A DNA stretch of 64,000 bases, taken from assembly GCA_013387215.1 (NCBI GenBank), contig WARW01000019.1:22717-86716 (forward strand), read 5' to 3'. The position numbers and the translations under genes are program-made. This DNA is from Patescibacteria group bacterium. GTDB lineage: Bacteria; Patescibacteriota; Microgenomatia; UBA12405. The notes below the pieces were generated by a model. That model searched no databases and was not told the origin of the DNA. It was given only the letters and a program-made list of their open reading frames with translations. Positions 57,749 to 64,000 of this stretch are shown here, in pieces (positions within the stretch are counted from its first letter, which is position 1; every line of letters starts with the position of its first letter).

Positions 57749-58514
57749 AAACGATTTCTCCTGATTCATCGGTTCTTAAAGTTTTAATTCCTCTTTTATT
57801 TAATTTTTCTAAAACTTCTTTTCGGGGATGTCCAAATCGATTGTTTTTGCCAACGCTGACAATCGCCACACTGGGATTTGTTTCTTCTAAAAGCTCATCG
57901 CTGGTCGCCGTCTCCGAACCGTGATGGGAAACTTTTAAAACATTTATTTTTTGATTCAGCATTTTTCGCCAGACCATTTTTTGTTCCACTTCTGCTGGAA
58001 CATCAGCCAAAAGCAAAATCTTTTTATCCTTATAAGTTAAGATGCCAGCAATCGATCCTTCATTTGCCCCTTGTACATTTTCCTTGTTTTTTTCAGGATT
58101 TACCACCTCATAATTAATCAGACCCACATTAACCATATCAGTCGCATACAATTTTTTTGAATAAATATTTTGTTCATTTAGGGCTTCTAACTGCTCGTCG
58201 CTAAAAATATTAACTATCTTATAACTTCTTAAGACATCTTTAAGCCCTCCACTATGATCGCCATCACTATGAGTTACAATCAACACTTCAATTGTCTTAT
58301 CCCAAAACGGCAAATGTCTATCTAAACAGTTTAATATTTTTTTATTATCCGGCCCAGTATCAATTAGAATTTCCAGATTTTTTTGAACTAAAAGTATTCC
58401 ATCTCCCTGCCCCACATCGCAAAAAATTAGTTTTGTTTGACTATTATTAATACTCCAAACCCAAAGTCCCAAAAGCATCATAAGACTGACGGCTAAAATT
58501 AATTTAAACCTCAT
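57735..58514 (-). CDS. comEC: ComEC/Rec2 C-terminal metallo-β-lactamase-fold domain protein
   Basis: …FCDVGQGDGILL…IDTGP…HSDGDH…HHGS… MBL motifs. Overlaps the upstream ORF by 11 nt. Confidence 0.8.
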   Translation of the reverse strand: MRFKLILAVSLMMLLGLWVWSINNSQTKLIFCDVGQGDGILLVQKNLEILIDTGPDNKKILNCLDRHLPFWDKTIEVLIVTHSDGDHSGGLKDVLRSYKIVNIFSDEQLEALNEQNIYSKKLYATDMVNVGLINYEVVNPEKNKENVQGANEGSIAGILTYKDKKILLLADVPAEVEQKMVWRKMLNQKINVLKVSHHGSETATSDELLEETNPSVAIVSVGKNNRFGHPRKEVLEKLNKRGIKTLRTDESGEIVFNLD

Positions 58515-59505
58515 TTTTCCGCTTTAAAAGATAAACTCCTAAAACCAGATACCAGCCGATTAAAATAAAATAATTAAATTTAAAATCAATACTAGCCCAG
58601 CTTAAATTTCCCAAAACCTCCACTATTACCACAAAATATTTTAATAATGGATATATCAACAACAGAAAAGCATGACCTAAAATATTACAAAATACTCCGA
58701 TAATAGCTCCGATACCTCCGATTATGGTAATAATTTCCACCAAACCTATAAGCATGGCATTGCTCAAAAAACTAATAATACTTATAGTTCCGAAACTAAA
58801 ACTCAAAATCGGCGTAATAAAAAGGCTCACCCACAAAGTCGATTTAATATTGTTAAATCCCTTTTCATTATTTTTTAACTCCGAAATTACGGCTATAAAC
58901 GCCAAAAAGCTGAGCCAAAAACTAATCTCCAAAATCATTTTTGGATCAGCCAAAAGCATAATAATTATTGTTAGAATCAAGCTTCTCCCGATTGAATATT
59001 TTCTGCCCAAAAGCTGCGCCCAATAATAAATGCCGATTAAGATTACTGCCCTTATCACCGGAATCTGCCACCCCACTAAATTTACATAGCTAAAAGCCAA
59101 GATTAAAGCCAGTATTATTGCTTTCTTTCTCCCCAAAATAACCGCCAAATTTTCAACAATAAGTGAGGTCAAAATTATCACATTGGTCCCGCTGACTACT
59201 ACAACGTGTACGATACCGCTTCGTTTTAACTGCTCCCAAAAAGTTTTATCAAATCCTGTCTTGTCACCCAAAATTATTCCTGCCAAAAGCCCCGCCTCTT
59301 TCGGCGGCAAACTTTGATAAATCACCTGGATCAAACTATCACTCTTTACAAACTTGTACACCAAACCCATTATAAAAATTACACAAATCCATAATAGAAA
59401 AATTTTGAAGTTACTATTTGAAATTGGCGAAGATAAAAGATTTTTTGGAGCGCAATCATGCGAAGCGCGTGAGCACCAAAAAAATTTTATCAAGCCAATT
59501 TTCAT
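58504..59505 (-). CDS. comEC: ComEC/Rec2 membrane 'competence' domain protein
   Basis: Polytopic membrane protein with …GIVHVVVVSGTNVIIL… matching the ComEC competence-domain signature. Confidence 0.8.
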   Translation of the reverse strand: MKIGLIKFFWCSRASHDCAPKNLLSSPISNSNFKIFLLWICVIFIMGLVYKFVKSDSLIQVIYQSLPPKEAGLLAGIILGDKTGFDKTFWEQLKRSGIVHVVVVSGTNVIILTSLIVENLAVILGRKKAIILALILAFSYVNLVGWQIPVIRAVILIGIYYWAQLLGRKYSIGRSLILTIIIMLLADPKMILEISFWLSFLAFIAVISELKNNEKGFNNIKSTLWVSLFITPILSFSFGTISIISFLSNAMLIGLVEIITIIGGIGAIIGVFCNILGHAFLLLIYPLLKYFVVIVEVLGNLSWASIDFKFNYFILIGWYLVLGVYLLKRKNEV

Positions 59506-60108
59506 AAACCGACTTTATCCTTAATTTTTTCGAATAATTTATCGCCTATTCCACCCACCAATTTCAATTCTTCAATATTTTTAAACCCTCCTTTCTCTGT
59601 TCGATAATCAATTATTTTCTGGGCAATGCTTGGTCCAATTCCAGGTAGTATGTCAAAATCGCTTAAACTGCCATTATTTAGGCTGATTTTATTATTCTTG
59701 ACCGTGCTTGTATTTGCTTTTGTCTCAATATCTTCCGAAGAATTTGGAATATAAATTTTTTGGCCGTCGATTACTGTTTCTGCTCTATTAAGATTCTTTT
59801 CTACCCATTGACGATCAGCACCAATTGACAGCCCTCCCGCTCTCTCCAAAACATCAGCAATCCTATCGCCTTTTTTTGAATTCGTAAACTCCTGGATGTA
59901 TTACTTCCCCGCTTACATCAATCATTACCTTACTAGAAACTTGTGCATCACCAGTCACTCCAACACCGCTTACTTTAGATATTACTTCAACTTTATTATT
60001 TTGAGAATATTGATCTTTAATCGATAGCCCCACCCCGACAGCAATAAGCATTATCCCTATCGCCAATACACCATCCAATATCTTAAGGTTTTGTAAAATT
60101 TTTAACAT
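59502..60108 (-). pseudogene. comEA: comEA (membrane anchor + SLBB + HhH) interrupted by a frameshift in a T7/A7 homopolymer
   Basis: ORF 59863..60108 (TM + …GEVIHPGVYEFKK) and ORF 59502..59849 (…RIADVLERAGGLSIGAD…DGQKIYIP…HhH) form a continuous ComEA if one A is removed from the run at 59871-59877. Confidence 0.6.
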
Positions 60109-60168
60109 ATAAAAGTTTACACTTTTTAAAACTTGATACTTGCTTGCAATTGATTGATACTATAATCA

Positions 60169-60813
60169 ATGTCTCAAATTGCCGTCATTTGCTTATTATC
60201 ACTTGGATCGTTTATTGCCTATATTTTTTCAGTCACTCCTTTGGCTGTTTACACTCCCCAGTTTATTGCTTTGATTTCCATTATCACTTTAATTCTTATC
60301 AAACGTAAAAGCTATTTAATTTTTTCTATTGCTCTCTTAATTAACGTTATTATTTTTACCTCAAACGGTCTCAACTCGCCTTTTTTCTTTTTAGTTTATT
60401 TCTTACTTTTTGTGATCGCTTTTCAAAATCCTCCCACCACCACCCTCTCATATTCCTTAATTTTAGTTATTCTTCTATCTCAATCTCTCAATTCTTACAC
60501 CTCACTTATTCCCCTAATTTCCCTCTTATTCATTACTCCACTAGCTTGGTTTATTGGCAGGCAATATCTAGATAATCTCAAACTCGGTTCAACCCTCGCC
60601 TATGATGAAACCGAAATTCTTTTTTGGCTGACTTTAAAATTCAAAACTGGCATCTGCCAAATTATTGATTCTGCCTCCCAGCTTTTATCTCAACCCCAAC
60701 TCAGTCCTAGCCAAAAACAAGAACTTCATCACATCAAAGACTCGGCTAAAAATCTTTTGAATTCTTCTCAAAAACTTACCCAAGAAATTGATCAGAAAAA
60801 TAATGAAGCTTAA
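60169..60813 (+). CDS. polytopic membrane protein, unknown function
   Basis: About 6 hydrophobic segments followed by a polar C-terminal tail. Confidence 0.45.
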   Translation: MSQIAVICLLSLGSFIAYIFSVTPLAVYTPQFIALISIITLILIKRKSYLIFSIALLINVIIFTSNGLNSPFFFLVYFLLFVIAFQNPPTTTLSYSLILVILLSQSLNSYTSLIPLISLLFITPLAWFIGRQYLDNLKLGSTLAYDETEILFWLTLKFKTGICQIIDSASQLLSQPQLSPSQKQELHHIKDSAKNLLNSSQKLTQEIDQKNNEA

Positions 60814-61564
60814 AAAAATAATTCCCATTTTATTTTTACTTTTTCTATTTTTGCTCTCCAAAAAAAATATTATTGCTCAGAGTTTTTCATCGGCAAGTTT
60901 TAGAATTCAATGGGGCAACTTTAATATGACCGGCGGCACTAAAAAAGCTCCCAGTGGTTTAACCCTAACAGATAGTGTTGGCCAAAATGCTCCCGGCCAA
61001 TTCAATAGTTCGGGCTTCATTGTCAAATCTGGTTTTCAATATGCCTATGACACTCTCAGTAAATTTTCTTTTCAGATTGATAAATTAAGCCTTAACTTCG
61101 GCACTCTTGTTCCTAATGTCGGCAGCACTCAAAGCAACATTATTACTATTTCCACTCCTTCGGCCAAAGGCTATGAAATTTTAGCCATGGAAGATCATCC
61201 TTTAAATATTTTTCAAACCAACAATAATATTCCCGACACCACTTGTGACGCCGGCACTTGTTCCGAAACAGTTTCTGGTGTTTGGACAGGCACCACTTCT
61301 TATGGTTTCGGTATGAATGCCATTGGTATTAACACCAGCGGTGTGGCCACTGGTGTGGGCACTTCCAGCATTTTCACTAACAATACCTATTTTCGTCAGT
61401 TTGCTAATTTTCAGGCTGGTGAAAATAATCAGGTTATCATGACCGAATCAAATTCAGTTAAAGATCATTCTGCCCGAATTACTTATCGAATCGTTATCGA
61501 TAAACCGCAGGCCGCTGGTCTTTATCAAAATTCTATTAATTTTGTCGCGATTCCAAAATATTAA
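60788..61564 (+). CDS. secreted hypothetical protein (possible WxL-like surface domain)
   Basis: Signal peptide. C-terminal …AGLYQNSINFVAIPKY faintly resembles WxL-domain termini. Confidence 0.4.
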   Translation: MIRKIMKLKKIIPILFLLFLFLLSKKNIIAQSFSSASFRIQWGNFNMTGGTKKAPSGLTLTDSVGQNAPGQFNSSGFIVKSGFQYAYDTLSKFSFQIDKLSLNFGTLVPNVGSTQSNIITISTPSAKGYEILAMEDHPLNIFQTNNNIPDTTCDAGTCSETVSGVWTGTTSYGFGMNAIGINTSGVATGVGTSSIFTNNTYFRQFANFQAGENNQVIMTESNSVKDHSARITYRIVIDKPQAAGLYQNSINFVAIPKY

Positions 61565-62435
61565 AATTATGTCAACTTTTAACATCACTCTTGATCCTGC
61601 TCAAATCGAATTTGTTGTTAAACCTGGTGTTACCTTAACTCAGGCCTACAACGTCACCAATAACTCATCTGAAACTATTTCTCTGAATACCGTTGTTTTA
61701 CCTTGGGAACCGGTCGGCATCGACGGCAATGTTAATTATCAAAATGTAGCTCAAAACCCCAATATTACTTTTTCACTTCTTAATGCCGATTTGAAATTAG
61801 GCCAATCGTTCATGTTGGCTCCAAATTCCAAACAGCAGATTGTCTTAAAAATTTCCTCCACTCAAAATACTGGATTAAACGACTATTACTATACTTTCTT
61901 TGTCACCCAAAATCCTCAAAGCGGCTTTGGTGCCGATTCGAGTGTTTCTCAAGCTTATGGCCAGATTGGTTCCCATATTCTTTTATCCGTTTCCAACACC
62001 GAAAACCCAACAGCTCTTGCTAGCATCCGCAATTTTTCTATTTCTCCCCGATTTAAAGATATCTTTTTTACTCCCGTTGCTTTTACTGCTGAGATAAAAA
62101 ATAATTCCAATAATTTTTTTAAAACTCAGGGCAAATTAACTATCACTAAAAATGACCGGAAAATTGCGGAAACGGAACTTAAAAATGACAATGTTCTAGC
62201 TCATCATTCCCGGGCTTTAAACTGCAAAGATCAAGAATCTTGTGTTTTAAATCCGCCTTTTTGGCCCGGTCACTACACTGCTACATTGGCCCTAGATCAA
62301 TCGCTTGGTGGTGAACAGGCATCCATTTCCTTTTTTGTGTTTCCATTTTCCTTGCTCGCATTTTCAATATCAATTTTGCTTTTAATTTTGCTTTTCCGAA
62401 AAATAACAAAATCAATTTTCCACTCTAAAAAATAA
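61542..62435 (+). CDS. hypothetical surface protein with C-terminal TM anchor and basic tail
   Basis: β-rich Asn/Thr composition. C-terminal FSLLAFSISILLLILLFRKITKSIFHSKK (TM + Lys/Arg tail). Confidence 0.45.
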   Translation: MSRFQNIKIMSTFNITLDPAQIEFVVKPGVTLTQAYNVTNNSSETISLNTVVLPWEPVGIDGNVNYQNVAQNPNITFSLLNADLKLGQSFMLAPNSKQQIVLKISSTQNTGLNDYYYTFFVTQNPQSGFGADSSVSQAYGQIGSHILLSVSNTENPTALASIRNFSISPRFKDIFFTPVAFTAEIKNNSNNFFKTQGKLTITKNDRKIAETELKNDNVLAHHSRALNCKDQESCVLNPPFWPGHYTATLALDQSLGGEQASISFFVFPFSLLAFSISILLLILLFRKITKSIFHSKK

Positions 62436-62570
62436 AGAAAAAAGCAAATTTAATTATCTCCATCTTTCGGTTAAATTATTAACAGATTATTAACGGAATT
62501 TGCAGTACTCTAAATTTAGGTGGTGAGATCAAACATTTTTGAATCATCCCAATTTAACAATTAAGACTTT

Positions 62571-62891
62571 ATGGCAAAAAGTGAATGCAGACAATGTATT
62601 CAGTACTCATGTGAGTCATTAGTAGTTAAACAAGAAGACGGCACTTACGCCAAAGACATCACTCGCCGCTTCCGATTCATCAAAGAAGACGGTGTCATTT
62701 GTGACGGCGGAGCTGTCGAAAACAGCATCGAGAATTGTGAAATCAAAGCCCGAGCCATCGCCGAAAAAGAAAAAATCATCGAAATCGATCCCAACAAAAT
62801 TGAAATTGCCATTAAAAAAAAGATAAAAGCCGAAAAAAGAAAGAAAAGCCGGGAAAGAAAAAGGCTCGCCCGTCTCGGCGATCTGGCTTAA
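62571..62891 (+). CDS. hypothetical protein with Lys-rich C-terminus
   Basis: ORF only. Confidence 0.4.
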   Translation: MAKSECRQCIQYSCESLVVKQEDGTYAKDITRRFRFIKEDGVICDGGAVENSIENCEIKARAIAEKEKIIEIDPNKIEIAIKKKIKAEKRKKSRERKRLARLGDLA

Positions 62892-62955
62892 ACAATAAAT
62901 TCAAGACAACAAAAAAACCCAGCGGTCGATTTCTCTCCCTTCTGGGTTATTTAGT

Positions 62956-63408
62956 TCAGGTAAAAATTGCAAAGGTTCTTTGAATTTCTGGTGCCGACTG
63001 AAAGCAATTTTCATAATCTTTAATAATATTTTCTCTGTCGTTTCCCCAAACAAATACAGTCATTTTAATATCAAAAAGACCATAACCTTTTTCTCCTGGC
63101 AGCTTTATTGAGCGCATATCAACGCTATAGTTGAATGCACAAATCGGACAGTCCAAAAGCTTGCAGATATGACTCATTAATTCAGGTGATGGTCGTTTCG
63201 GTTCTCCTTTCTTGTAATCAAAAGATTCCACCAGAATTCTCGTCGCTCCCTCATGATCGTAGTACCAAACAAAATTACATATATCTTTCAGTAACACCTG
63301 CAGCACCAGTTCTCCATCGTCTTGTTGTTTTCTTTCTTCACAATTTTCTTTGCCAAGTTCTTTGCAAATACCGGCAAACAATTCCTCTCGATTAACCACT
63401 AACACCAT
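62956..63408 (-). CDS. hypothetical Cys-containing protein (150 aa)
   Basis: ORF only. Confidence 0.45.
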   Translation of the reverse strand: MVLVVNREELFAGICKELGKENCEERKQQDDGELVLQVLLKDICNFVWYYDHEGATRILVESFDYKKGEPKRPSPELMSHICKLLDCPICAFNYSVDMRSIKLPGEKGYGLFDIKMTVFVWGNDRENIIKDYENCFQSAPEIQRTFAIFT

Positions 63409-63500
63409 CTCCTTATTTTTATTTTAAATGAACTGCCCGATTATACCACTAAAAAATTACTAACTATAATAATTTGTAAGAAAAGATATATAATGCGCTT

Positions 63501-64000
63501 ATGGCACAAGAATACAACTCTGAATTAATCTATAAACTCTATGATTCTAAAGAAGCGGAAGAAGCAATTCCTATTTTAGAAGAAATGGATGAAATTAAAG
63601 ACAATGTGTTTCTATATCCAATTTACGCCGCTTACTTAAAATATAAAAATACTTTTTACTCTCACTTTTTTATAGACTCATTAAATATTTATGAATCCAA
63701 TGAAACAGTTAAGATAGCCACAAAAATTACAAAATCTCCTTGTAAAGATACCGATTTTATATGGAGCTTACCAATATTTACTAAATACAATCATTTTAAC
63801 GATGAAATAATAAAAAAATGTTTGTATATATTAGATCAATCAAGTAACAAAAAAACAAAACTTATCATCGAAGATTATCATCTAGAAAAAATTACAAATT
63901 TTTTATTAGGTGCAGGAAAAACAAAAGAAATCATATCAAATTTTAGAATTATATTAGCATCAAATTATTTTGCTAAAAATGTACGCAACACGGTATTAAA
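63501..64000 (+). CDS. hypothetical protein, 5' portion (runs off the window)
   Basis: Open frame from ATG 63501 to the window end with no stop (MAQEYNSELIYKLYDSKEAEEAIPILEEMDE…). Not in the supplied ORF track because it is unterminated. Confidence 0.4.
   Translation, partial: MAQEYNSELIYKLYDSKEAEEAIPILEEMDEIKDNVFLYPIYAAYLKYKNTFYSHFFIDSLNIYESNETVKIATKITKSPCKDTDFIWSLPIFTKYNHFNDEIIKKCLYILDQSSNKKTKLIIEDYHLEKITNFLLGAGKTKEIISNFRIILASNYFAKNVRNTVL

Overview
The window is a 64-kb, AT-rich, tightly packed bacterial chromosomal segment. Its features (many small secreted or hypothetical proteins, a split ComEC, class II RNR with NrdR, and an r-protein cluster broken by inserted material) are most consistent, by inference, with a small-genome uncultivated bacterium such as a Patescibacteria/CPR-like lineage. 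Recognisable housekeeping content includes a dTMP/one-carbon module (thyX-tmk-prs-glyA), a B12 module (nrdR, class II nrdJ, PduO-type cobalamin adenosyltransferase) with an NrdR box, and secE-nusG-rplK-rplA. The partner ribosomal genes rplJ-rplL lie about 14 kb further downstream with an L10 leader. Also present are ruvC and ruvA-ruvB, murB, a WecB/TagA glycosyltransferase, mreB, leuS, an M16 peptidase, comEA/comEC, tRNA-Pro(CGG) and tRNA-Arg(CCU). Accessory or unusual content includes a trio of paralogous secreted proteins whose duplicated flanks carry a palindromic operator-like motif. There is also a peptidoglycan-type operon (membrane-anchored MurF-like ligase, DegT aminotransferase, FemAB). 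The most interesting candidate is a radical-SAM enzyme flanked by two paralogous NDT/SLOG-like plus ribbon-helix-helix fusion proteins and a Cys-rich acidic protein. A further island holds about six singleton small genes, each with its own near-identical strong promoter, 5'UTR motif and nested-palindrome terminator. The window also contains a large Cys-rich secreted protein with near-identical tandem repeats, a 21-bp palindromic element present three times, and comEA interrupted at a T7 homopolymer. No CRISPR array, rRNA or obvious integrase/transposase was seen.
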